36,731 nt of DNA from Tubiluchus corallicola (taxonomy: Eukaryota > Animalia > Priapulida), in the NCBI GenBank assembly GCA_030141605.1, contig JAQGDQ010002442.1, forward strand, positions 1 through 36,731, in the 5' to 3' direction. The notes under the pieces were generated by a model that searched no databases, was not told the origin of the DNA, and saw only the letters and a program-made list of their open reading frames with translations. This document shows, one piece after another, positions 27,931 to 36,731 of the stretch (within the stretch, counting starts at the first letter, position 1; every line of letters starts with the position of its first letter). The position numbers and the translations under genes were made by a program.

Positions 27931-29232
27931 ATGCCATCAATGACTTTTGAAGAAACCATAAAGTATCTATACGCAAAACTTCCAATGTTTCAAAATATTG
28001 GAAACAGAGCTATTAAAAAAGACCTATCCAATACTTTAGAATTATGTGAGATATTGGGGAATCCACAAAAAAAATTCAAATCCATACACATAGCAGGAAC
28101 TAACGGCAAAGGAAGTTCGGCAAGTATGTTGTCAGCCATACTACAAAGTGCTGGGTATAGTGTAGGGTTATATACTTCTCCTCATCTTAAAAATTTTACA
28201 GAACGAATAAAGATAAACGGAAAGGAAGTAGAAGAAAGTTATATAATAGAATTTGTAGAAAACATAAAGCCACATATTGAAACAATAAAGCCTTCCTTTT
28301 TTGAAATTACTGTAGTCATGGCATTTCAATACTTTGCCCAAAAAAATGTAGACATTGCCATAATAGAAACAGGGTTGGGAGGGCGATTAGATTCAACAAA
28401 TGTCATTACCCCCTCTATATCTCACATCACAAACATAGGTTTAGAACATGAAAAAATTCTTGGCGACACCCTACAAAAAATAGCCACAGAAAAGGCAGGA
28501 ATTATCAAACCACTGGCTCCCGTAGTTATTAGCGAATGGCAAGATGAAACCAACAGTGTGTTTTTAGAAAAAGCCCAAAAAGAAAACTCAAAAATCTACT
28601 TTGCTGAGCAAAATATCAAATTCAAAAATATCAAGTTCAATCCCACCATGTCTTTTGATATAGAAAAAAACAACCTATTATGGCTAGAAAACGTGAAGCT
28701 AAGTTTGAAAGGGAAGCATCAATTAAAAAATGCTTGCGGAGTGCTAATGACTATAGACCTCTTAACCAATAACAACTACACCATAAGTAATGAAAATATA
28801 AATATAAGCTTAGAAAACATACAAAACTATAACAGGATTAAAGGACGCTGGCAAGTGCTCAATAAAGACAAGCCCACCATCATTTGTGACGTCGTTCACA
28901 ACGCAAACGGAGTAAAGAGCATCACAGACAACTTTAAACATTATCAATACAAGCAGCTACATATTGTTTGGGGCATGGTAAAGGATAAGCCCATATTAGA
29001 AACTATTGCTAAGCTACCACCAAAGGCAAAATACTATTTTTGCCAACCAAAATTAGAAAGAGCATTGCCCGCAGCAGAAATATACAAAATAGCCATAAAG
29101 TTAGGAATTCAAGGAACGGTAATTGAAGACGTAAATGAAGCATTGGAAAAAGCATTGGAAAGCTCAAGCAAAGAGGACTTAATATTTATAGGAGGAAGTA
29201 ATTTTGTTATTGCAGAACTAAAAAATTTATAA
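27931..29232 (+). CDS. folC: Bifunctional folylpolyglutamate synthase/dihydrofolate synthase
   Basis: HIAGTNGKGS, YTSPHL, ETGLGGRLDSTN, EKAGIIK and GRWQ motifs. The true start may be the ATG at 27940 (MTFEE). Confidence 0.97.
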   Translation: MPSMTFEETIKYLYAKLPMFQNIGNRAIKKDLSNTLELCEILGNPQKKFKSIHIAGTNGKGSSASMLSAILQSAGYSVGLYTSPHLKNFTERIKINGKEVEESYIIEFVENIKPHIETIKPSFFEITVVMAFQYFAQKNVDIAIIETGLGGRLDSTNVITPSISHITNIGLEHEKILGDTLQKIATEKAGIIKPLAPVVISEWQDETNSVFLEKAQKENSKIYFAEQNIKFKNIKFNPTMSFDIEKNNLLWLENVKLSLKGKHQLKNACGVLMTIDLLTNNNYTISNENINISLENIQNYNRIKGRWQVLNKDKPTIICDVVHNANGVKSITDNFKHYQYKQLHIVWGMVKDKPILETIAKLPPKAKYYFCQPKLERALPAAEIYKIAIKLGIQGTVIEDVNEALEKALESSSKEDLIFIGGSNFVIAELKNL

Positions 29233-29234
29233 CC

Positions 29235-29897
29235 ATGGCAAAAAGAAGGAAATTAGAAAAATGGCAAGACAACTACAATAGCAAAAATGTAATAGAGCCG
29301 GGCAAAGAATGGTTTGAAAACATTAAAGGAAAATGGAAACAAGAGTATTTTAAAAACTCTAATGATATAACTCTTGAATTAGCTTGTGGAAGAGGCGAAT
29401 ATACCACAGGATTAGCCAAGATTTTTCCTCAAAGAAACTATATTGGGGTAGACATAAAGGGTACAAGGATCTGGAAAGGAAGTCAAATAGCACAAAAAGA
29501 AAACCTACAAAACGTCGCTTTTTTAAGAACACAAATAGACCATTTAGAAAAGTTTTTTCTCCCTAATGAAATTAATGAAATTTGGATTGTTTTTCCTGAT
29601 CCCCGTCCCAAAAAAAGCGATAGAAGGAGGAGGTTAGTACATCCAAAATTTTTAAGTGTTTATCAAAATATTTTAGTCTCTAATGGATTAGTTCATCTAA
29701 AAACTGACAATGATTTATTGTTTCAATATGCATTAGAGATATTATCAAATAAAGAAAACGTAAAAGAGTTACAACACACCGACAACCTATATAGCTCCAA
29801 ATTGGCAAAAGAACATTTTGGTATCATCACACGATACGAAAACATGTTTACCGAACAAGGGCAGATTGTAAAATATTTAAAGTTTAGATTGCAATAA
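29235..29897 (+). CDS. trmB: tRNA (guanine-N7)-methyltransferase
   Basis: LELACGRGE, GVDIKG.R, FPDPRPKK, HLKTD and TRYE motifs. Confidence 0.96.
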   Translation: MAKRRKLEKWQDNYNSKNVIEPGKEWFENIKGKWKQEYFKNSNDITLELACGRGEYTTGLAKIFPQRNYIGVDIKGTRIWKGSQIAQKENLQNVAFLRTQIDHLEKFFLPNEINEIWIVFPDPRPKKSDRRRRLVHPKFLSVYQNILVSNGLVHLKTDNDLLFQYALEILSNKENVKELQHTDNLYSSKLAKEHFGIITRYENMFTEQGQIVKYLKFRLQ

Positions 29898-30024
29898 CAT
29901 ATTATTCAATTCTCTTATTATCCTTGCATTTCTAAAATTATAGTTTTAATATAAGGGTAATGCTATTAAATTAAACCATAATAAAGTACCGTTGTCATAG
30001 TTTTATATATTTTTAGCTATTCAC

Positions 30025-33000
30025 ATGATAAACAGCATTATTAAATTTTCTATAAAAAACAAACTCTTCACGGGAGTTTTAACCCTATCATTAATAATAG
30101 GAGGGTTATACTCTATGAAAGAGATACCATTAGATGCCGTTCCTGACATTACCAACAATCAAGTGCAAGTTATTACCGCCGTTCCTAACTTAGGCACTTT
30201 AGATATAGAGCAATTTATCACACATCCCATAGAATTAGTAATGTCCAATTTAACCCACATAGAGTCCATTCGTTCTATATCTCGTTCTGGAATCTCTGTC
30301 ATAACCATAGTTTTTAACGAATCTATTGACATATACTTAGCCCGTCAGCTTGTTAGTGAAAAGTTAATAGATGCACAAGGTCTAATCCCTGAAAATTTAG
30401 GCACACCTACAATGGCTCCTATTAGTACTGGATTAGGAGAAATTTTTCAATACACACTAAGTGTTGAAGAAGGATATGACTATTCGCTTTTGGAATTAAG
30501 AACCTTTCAAGATTGGATAGTGAAACGACAAATGACAATGTTGCCTGGAGTAGTAGAAATCAACAGCTTTGGTGGCTACAAGAAAGAGTATGAAGTAGCC
30601 ATAAACCCCAACAGACTTAACAGTATGGAAATTAGTATTAGAGATGTTTACAATGCCTTAATGATAAACAATGAAAATACAGGAAGTGCATATATTGAGA
30701 AAGATTTTAAAGCCAATTTTATCAGAGGCGAAGGCCTAATAAAGAGCATTAAAGATATTGAAAACATTGTGTTAAAAAACAACCCAAAAGGATTTCCTAT
30801 ACTTATCCGAGACGTTGCCACTGTTCAATATGGACATGCCGTAAGATATGGCGGATTTACCAAAGATGGAAAAGGCGGTGCCGTTGGTGGAATTGTTATG
30901 ATGTTGAAAGGAGAAAACTCCAATACAGTCATTCAACATGTAAAGGAAAGAATAAAAGAAATAGAAAAGTTTTTACCCGAAGGCATCTCAATAAAGCCGT
31001 TTATTGATAGAACCAATTTGATAAAAAGCACCACAAGCACTGTTGTAGAAAACCTTAGTTTAGGAGGATTGATAGTCATTTTTGTATTAGTGCTACTATT
31101 AGGGAATTTCAGAGGAGGCTTAATAGTCGCTTCCACAATTCCTCTATCATTGCTCTTCGCCTTTATTATGATGTATTTTTTTGGCGTATGGGCAAATCTA
31201 ATGAGCCTAGGAGCTATTGATTTTGGTATCATTATAGATGGTGCGGTAATTATTGTAGAAAACTCTGTATTCATTATTTCTCAAAAAACGGCCATTGGAA
31301 AAAAAATACTACAAAAAGAGAAAGACAAAATAATATATAACGCCTCTACAAAAATGATGGGAACTGCTTTTTTTGGGCAGCTTATCATTCTCATAGTGTT
31401 CCTCCCATTACTCTCACTAACAGGCATTGAAGGCAAAATGTTTATGCCTATGGCTTTAGTATTTAGCTTTGCCATGTTAGGTGCAATGTTACTTTGTATT
31501 ACTTACGTACCAATGATATCTTCTGTTCTGCTTCTCTTTCGCCCCGAAAAAGAAGAACAAAAAAAAGGAATTGGAAAAAAAATCATTGGAGCCGCCGAAA
31601 AATTCTATCTATTTACTATCACCAAAGCACTAAAACATAAAAAAGCAATTCTTTCATTACTTGTTGTGTCTCTTGCTATTCCAATATTTATTTTTTCAAG
31701 AATGGGAGCAGAGTTTATACCAAAATTAGATGAAGGAGATTTGGCAATGCAAATAATTGCAAAGCCCGGCACCTCACTAAGTGAAATGGAAAAAAATACA
31801 ACTAAAATTGAGCACCTGTTATTAGAAAATATCCCAGAAATAGAGCAAATACAGTCACGTATAGGGATTGCCGAAATAGCTACAGACCCAATGCCTATGG
31901 ATATTGCCGATGTAATTGTCTCTTTAAAACCTCGCGACAAATGGACTTCGGTAAACAACAAAATAGAGTTGATAGAAAACATGAAAAATATAGCAAGTTC
32001 TTTGCCCGGTATCTTTGTTCAATTTTCTCAACCTATAGAAATGCGATTCAATGAGTTGCTTACAGGAATTCGCGAAGACATTGCCATCAAAATATATGGT
32101 GACGATATGGAGATATTGTCCTCCAAAGCACAAGAGATTTCTCAGCTAATAAACAATATAGAAGGCGTAGGAGACATAAAAGTAGAAGCCACCTCTGGAC
32201 TTCCACAAATAACAGTTAAGTACAACAGAGATAAAATTGCGCAATATGGACTTAACATAAAGGATTTAAATACTTACTTAAAATGTGCTTTTGGCGGAGG
32301 ATATGCGGGAGTGATTTACGAAGGAGCAAAACGATTTGATCTTGTTGTACGATTCAAAAAAAATTATAGAAAAAATTTAGATGATATAACAATGATATAT
32401 GTATCCACTCCACAAGGGCATCAAGTTCCTCTAAAAGAGTTGGCAGATATTAGTTATGTATCAGGACCCATGCAAATAAGCAGAGATAACACTTATAGAT
32501 ATACATATGTTGGGGTCAATGTAAGAGGGCGAGATGTAAAGTCTTTATCCGAAAATATACAAAGGGTGATAGATGAAAGTCTAAAATTGCCAATAGGGTA
32601 TTATATTCGTTATGGCGGTGATTTTGAAAATCTAGAAAGGGCTTTAAGCACGCTATCCATACTTGTGCCTATCACATTAGTAATCATATTAATATTGATA
32701 TACGCTGCAATAAAAAACATAAAACAGACCCTAATAATATACGCTTCCGTACCTTTTTCTATCATAGGGGGAGTTTTTGCGTTATATATAAGGGGAATGG
32801 ATTTTAGCATTTCGGCTGGAATAGGGTTTATCGTTCTTTTTGGTGTCTCAGTATTAAACGGCATGGTATTGATACACGGCATTAATGAATTAAGAAAAAC
32901 CGAACCTGACAAGCCTTTAAAAAATATTATTACTCAAGGAGCATTGCGAAGAGTTAGACCTATTCTACTTACTGCCTCCACTGATATATTAGGGTTTCTT

Positions 33001-34404
33001 CCCATGATGGTTTCCTTGTCTGCTGGAGCAGAAGTGCAACGTCCGCTGGCTACTGTGGTAGTAGGCGGGTTGGTTACTTCTACGTTTTTAACCCTGGTAG
33101 TGCTTCCTATTCTTTACAGCATCAACATCAAGAAAAGCAATCATAGAAGAAAAAAAGCAACCATGTTTATAAGCACAATTGTCATTGTTGCCTTTCTATC
33201 AAGCATAGGATCTGCTTCTCCACTAATGGCACAAGGACAAGATAAAACTATTCCTGATGTGTTAACACTTGAAAATGCTTTTGATATTGCTGAGCAAAAT
33301 CACCCTGCATTAAAACGATCGGAGTATAACATAAAAAGACAAAAAACATTAAAGAAGCAAAGTTTAAACTTAGGAACAACAACAATTTCTACTGGAATAG
33401 AAGAATACAATAACAACATGTCAATAGATGGTTCAAGGACAATAATAGGCATTGGACAACAAAACATAGATTTGGTTGGTTATTTCTCCAAAAGAAAACT
33501 TTCCGAAGAAAATATCAAATTAGCAACAATACAAAAAGAATTAGCTATTCAAGAGTTGAGAAAAAATGTAGCCACTGCCTATTACAACGCTGCTTGTAGC
33601 CAGCAAACATATGAGCTTACAAAGCAAATAGACAGCATATCGCAAGAATTAAGCAAAAAAGCACAGCTCAACTATCAAAATGCCCAAATATCAGAAGTGG
33701 AGTATGGGTTAATTAACAATAGATATCAAAAAATATTAATTCTTAAAATAAATGCGCAAAAAGAGTTTTATATTGCTATGAACCAGCTTAACAGGCAGCT
33801 ATTTATAGACAATGACATTTCCATTGCAACCATTGATGAATATATTTTTGAAGATATCCATACCTTACTTGATAGCAACTCTATGCAAGAACTCCCCATT
33901 CTGCAAGTGCAACAACAACAAATGTCTGTAAGCAAAACAAATATTGCAAAAGAGAAATCCCAATTTGCACCAACACTCAATCTTTATTATGGCAGATTGG
34001 AAGTAAACAACATTAGCGACTTTAATACTATACAAGTAGGTGTCTCTTTCCCTCTATGGTTTTTGCCTCAACAGGGGTCTGTTCAAGCTGCACAATTTAA
34101 TCATCAAATTTCGCAAACCTACTATGACGAATCACAAAAAGAGCTGAAAATAAAATTAAATAACTTAGAAAAAGAGTATCACGCATCATATGAAATTCTA
34201 CAATATTATAAAAAAGAAGCTCTCCCATTAATTGAAAAACAATTAAAAACAACAACACTAAGTTATAAAATTGGTGAGATTTCCCATATAGATTATATGA
34301 GATTGTTTTCACAAATATTGGAGTTAAAAAAGGACTACTATAAAGAAATTTTCAAACTCTATAGGGTTAAAGTTGAAATAAAATATTTATTGGGAGTACT
34401 ATAA
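30025..34404 (+). CDS. CzcA/CusA-family heavy-metal RND transporter fused to a C-terminal TolC-like outer-membrane factor
   Basis: DAVPDITNNQVQV, TM4 motif AIDFGIIIDGAVIIVEN (CzcA-type), RVRPILLTA and GAEVQRPLATVV. An extra ~390 aa helical domain contains QVGVSFPLW. Confidence 0.93.
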   Translation: MINSIIKFSIKNKLFTGVLTLSLIIGGLYSMKEIPLDAVPDITNNQVQVITAVPNLGTLDIEQFITHPIELVMSNLTHIESIRSISRSGISVITIVFNESIDIYLARQLVSEKLIDAQGLIPENLGTPTMAPISTGLGEIFQYTLSVEEGYDYSLLELRTFQDWIVKRQMTMLPGVVEINSFGGYKKEYEVAINPNRLNSMEISIRDVYNALMINNENTGSAYIEKDFKANFIRGEGLIKSIKDIENIVLKNNPKGFPILIRDVATVQYGHAVRYGGFTKDGKGGAVGGIVMMLKGENSNTVIQHVKERIKEIEKFLPEGISIKPFIDRTNLIKSTTSTVVENLSLGGLIVIFVLVLLLGNFRGGLIVASTIPLSLLFAFIMMYFFGVWANLMSLGAIDFGIIIDGAVIIVENSVFIISQKTAIGKKILQKEKDKIIYNASTKMMGTAFFGQLIILIVFLPLLSLTGIEGKMFMPMALVFSFAMLGAMLLCITYVPMISSVLLLFRPEKEEQKKGIGKKIIGAAEKFYLFTITKALKHKKAILSLLVVSLAIPIFIFSRMGAEFIPKLDEGDLAMQIIAKPGTSLSEMEKNTTKIEHLLLENIPEIEQIQSRIGIAEIATDPMPMDIADVIVSLKPRDKWTSVNNKIELIENMKNIASSLPGIFVQFSQPIEMRFNELLTGIREDIAIKIYGDDMEILSSKAQEISQLINNIEGVGDIKVEATSGLPQITVKYNRDKIAQYGLNIKDLNTYLKCAFGGGYAGVIYEGAKRFDLVVRFKKNYRKNLDDITMIYVSTPQGHQVPLKELADISYVSGPMQISRDNTYRYTYVGVNVRGRDVKSLSENIQRVIDESLKLPIGYYIRYGGDFENLERALSTLSILVPITLVIILILIYAAIKNIKQTLIIYASVPFSIIGGVFALYIRGMDFSISAGIGFIVLFGVSVLNGMVLIHGINELRKTEPDKPLKNIITQGALRRVRPILLTASTDILGFLPMMVSLSAGAEVQRPLATVVVGGLVTSTFLTLVVLPILYSINIKKSNHRRKKATMFISTIVIVAFLSSIGSASPLMAQGQDKTIPDVLTLENAFDIAEQNHPALKRSEYNIKRQKTLKKQSLNLGTTTISTGIEEYNNNMSIDGSRTIIGIGQQNIDLVGYFSKRKLSEENIKLATIQKELAIQELRKNVATAYYNAACSQQTYELTKQIDSISQELSKKAQLNYQNAQISEVEYGLINNRYQKILILKINAQKEFYIAMNQLNRQLFIDNDISIATIDEYIFEDIHTLLDSNSMQELPILQVQQQQMSVSKTNIAKEKSQFAPTLNLYYGRLEVNNISDFNTIQVGVSFPLWFLPQQGSVQAAQFNHQISQTYYDESQKELKIKLNNLEKEYHASYEILQYYKKEALPLIEKQLKTTTLSYKIGEISHIDYMRLFSQILELKKDYYKEIFKLYRVKVEIKYLLGVL

Positions 34405-34413
34405 ATTTATGTT

Positions 34414-35604
34414 ATGTATAAAGCGATTAAAAAAACCATCCCCACTACTATCATTGGTTTATTAACTATCTTGTTTCTCTTCTCGTGTGAAACAAAAACC
34501 ACAAGCAACCAAAAACAAGAAGAGCCTAACGACCATGACCATGATATGCATGTGAAGATCTCTTCTGCTCAATATAATAACTTAGAGCTATCAATAGGAA
34601 AAATTGAGTATCGTAACCTGAGAGACGTTGTGCATACTAATGGTGAATTAGAGGTAAACCCATCACATAAAGCTGAAATATCTGCTTTCTTGGAAGGAAA
34701 TGTTTACTCAATAGAGGTAGAGTATGGGCAAAAAGTTAAAAAAGGAGACACTCTCGCCCTTTTGACACATCAAAACTATGTCATATTGCAAAAAGATTTT
34801 ATAGAAGCAAAGAGCTTATATTCATTTTTGGAAAAAGAGCACCAGAGACAAAAAAAACTAATAGAACAAAATGCAATTGCCCAAAAAGACTTTGAAAAAC
34901 TTATTGTTGACTATGAGAGCACAAAAGCAAAATACCTCGCACTTAAAAGCCAATTAGAACTTTTAAACCTACCTGTAAAAAAAATAGAAAAAGGAAAAAT
35001 ATTTAGCACTGTTGCTTTGACCTCCCCTATTTATGGATTTGTTGAACGAATAAATGTTTTCCCTGGACAGTTTACTTCGCCTCAAAAGGCTCTCTTTGAA
35101 GTTATAAATGATAAATATTTGCATGCTCACATGATAGTATATGAAAAGGATATTATCAAAATAAAAACTGGACAAAAAGTAGATATTATGCTCTCTAATG
35201 TGCCTAATAAAAGCCTTTCTGGCAAGGTGGTATTTATTGGAAGAACATTAGAAGAAAATCGTTTTATAAACATACATGTAAAACTAAATTCTATAGATGA
35301 AAACCTTATGTCTGGCATGTATGTATCCGGAAAAATACATACTGATTCTTCTAATATTCCCGTGTTACCCTCAGGTGCAATAGTGAAAGATGGGGTTAAA
35401 AACTACATTTTTATCTTCGATAAGAATGATGGAGAAAACTATATATTTGATATGGTTGAGGTTTTTGTCAAAGAACAAGAAGGAGAATATGTTCACATCA
35501 CTTCTGCACAACCGCTTGACTCTACAACTAATATTGTGCTTAACAAAGCATACTATTTGCTTTCAGAAAAACAAAAGGATGGCCTCGAAGGACATCAGCA
35601 TTAA
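34414..35604 (+). CDS. RND efflux periplasmic adaptor (CzcB-like lipoprotein)
   Basis: Lipobox LFSC, HDHDMH motif, GQKVKKGD lipoyl half, SPIYGFV and a C-terminal GHQH. Confidence 0.92.
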   Translation: MYKAIKKTIPTTIIGLLTILFLFSCETKTTSNQKQEEPNDHDHDMHVKISSAQYNNLELSIGKIEYRNLRDVVHTNGELEVNPSHKAEISAFLEGNVYSIEVEYGQKVKKGDTLALLTHQNYVILQKDFIEAKSLYSFLEKEHQRQKKLIEQNAIAQKDFEKLIVDYESTKAKYLALKSQLELLNLPVKKIEKGKIFSTVALTSPIYGFVERINVFPGQFTSPQKALFEVINDKYLHAHMIVYEKDIIKIKTGQKVDIMLSNVPNKSLSGKVVFIGRTLEENRFINIHVKLNSIDENLMSGMYVSGKIHTDSSNIPVLPSGAIVKDGVKNYIFIFDKNDGENYIFDMVEVFVKEQEGEYVHITSAQPLDSTTNIVLNKAYYLLSEKQKDGLEGHQH

Positions 35605-35621
35605 TAATAAGTTTTTTTGAG

Positions 35622-36323
35622 CTATTTCGATTTAATGATAAATGTTATTTTTCCTGTTGTGAGCACAGGAGGATTTGCGGTAGTAGAGACAAATGTAATG
35701 CGCTCTACGGACTCTTTATATATCTTTTCTACCGAAAAACTTACTGTTTTTTCCAATGTTTTAATTGCCACTATCTCTCCATAATTATTAATTTTGACTT
35801 CAAAAATTATTTTTCCTGTCTCTTCACTTTTGTCATTCGGGTTAGGTGGCGTCACCCAGTGCCATCCTATTATTTCTAAGTTTGTTTGTTCACTATTGCT
35901 GCTTCCCCTTGTGTATGTTTTTTTATCTTCTCCACTTGGATTTTTGTACATGGCTCGCTCTTCAATTGGCTTATTTTGATTATTCTGTGAAGGATACAAT
36001 GCCTCTTGATTTATTGCAGAAGTAGTAGGTTGGTCAGTAGACGTCTCTACATTATCGTCTGTTGTAGGTGATTCTTCCTCGCTCTTAGGAGAAGCTATGT
36101 TAGTAATCTCTTCCTCATGCACATTATCATTTACCCGACTCTCTTGCTGTTTGTTTTCTAAAATTTGTATTGGCTCTTCTTCTTTTTCTTCAACAAAAAA
36201 ATCTATTTCAATACTTGGAGCTGGCGGAGGGGGTATTTGTTCTTCATACACAGGAATAAATACTAATATTAGTAATACCAGTAAATGAATAGAAATGGAC
36301 AATATCCAAGTTTTACTCAACAT
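35622..36323 (-). CDS. TonB/TolA-like energy transducer
   Basis: N-terminal transmembrane helix with S..IH, PPPPAP, an acidic linker and a C-terminal ETGKIIFEVKINNYG...GKITF domain. Follows exbD. Confidence 0.85.
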   Translation of the reverse strand: MLSKTWILSISIHLLVLLILVFIPVYEEQIPPPPAPSIEIDFFVEEKEEEPIQILENKQQESRVNDNVHEEEITNIASPKSEEESPTTDDNVETSTDQPTTSAINQEALYPSQNNQNKPIEERAMYKNPSGEDKKTYTRGSSNSEQTNLEIIGWHWVTPPNPNDKSEETGKIIFEVKINNYGEIVAIKTLEKTVSFSVEKIYKESVERITFVSTTANPPVLTTGKITFIIKSK

Positions 36324-36717
36324 GCGTTATTGGTTGTGTTGCTATGGAAACCTTAAATCCTAATGCATTTGCAATATCACCCGCATAAACAAAATGTTCA
36401 TGAGGAACACGCTTATCAATATTCAATAATATTACTTGCTCTTCACTCTCTACTCTTATATCTTGTAATTTTTGCCAAAGCTCTTCCTTGACAATTTCTT
36501 TATCATCAATGTAGTATTCTAAATCAGAACTAATAGATACATTTGTTTTTTGTATTATCACCTTGGCACTTCTTCCTTGAGGCAAAGTTACAGCAATACC
36601 CGAAGGGGTGATAAAGTTGGATGTAAGCATAAAAAATATTAACAAAAGAAAAATAATATCTGTAAGTGACGAAGCGCTAAAAGCTGTATTTATTTTATTT
36701 TTCGAACCAAATTCCAT
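36313..36717 (-). CDS. exbD: Biopolymer transport protein ExbD/TolR
   Basis: SSLTDIIFLLLIFFML transmembrane motif with the essential Asp, plus V.LP and IDKRV. Confidence 0.93.
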   Translation of the reverse strand: MEFGSKNKINTAFSASSLTDIIFLLLIFFMLTSNFITPSGIAVTLPQGRSAKVIIQKTNVSISSDLEYYIDDKEIVKEELWQKLQDIRVESEEQVILLNIDKRVPHEHFVYAGDIANALGFKVSIATQPITHVE

Positions 36718-36731
36718 AACCTTCTAATATG

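Noticed and set aside
1860-36288. Many 60-160 aa ORFs antisense to or nested in large genes (e.g. 2715-3089, 3465-3857, 12020-12508, 31605-31982)
   Set aside because: They overlap well-supported genes and show no recognisable motifs, as expected of shadow ORFs.
1-36731. CRISPR array, IS element, prophage or rRNA
   Set aside because: No regularly spaced repeats, transposase, integrase, phage genes or rRNA-like sequence were seen.

Overview
AT-rich chromosomal window from a Bacteroidota bacterium, probably Cytophagales-like. This is inferred from the SusC-type gene, TAnnTTTG promoters, ligA-DUF6913-dapA synteny and the CzcA-TolC fusion. Most of it is housekeeping: ligA, dapA, aroA, ilvC, ald, recF, menA, a SNF2 helicase, tRNA-Glu, ptrB, yqeY, fabG, folC, trmB, exbD/tonB and a CzcAB-type metal efflux pump. 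I saw no integrase, transposase, CRISPR array or rRNA. The most interesting part is a ~2 kb accessory island between the DUF6913 gene and dapA. It encodes a DUF4848-like surface lipoprotein with a 1-nt frameshift in its signal peptide and a small outer-membrane beta-barrel, under a canonical promoter. A 27-bp copy of internal dapA sequence marks its left edge. Other oddities are a SusC truncated at about half length, a GT4 that has lost its catalytic motifs, an apparent ~7.7 kb inversion separating folC-trmB from tonB, and a structured intergenic region that may be an sRNA. Family calls come from motif recognition by eye, not database searches.
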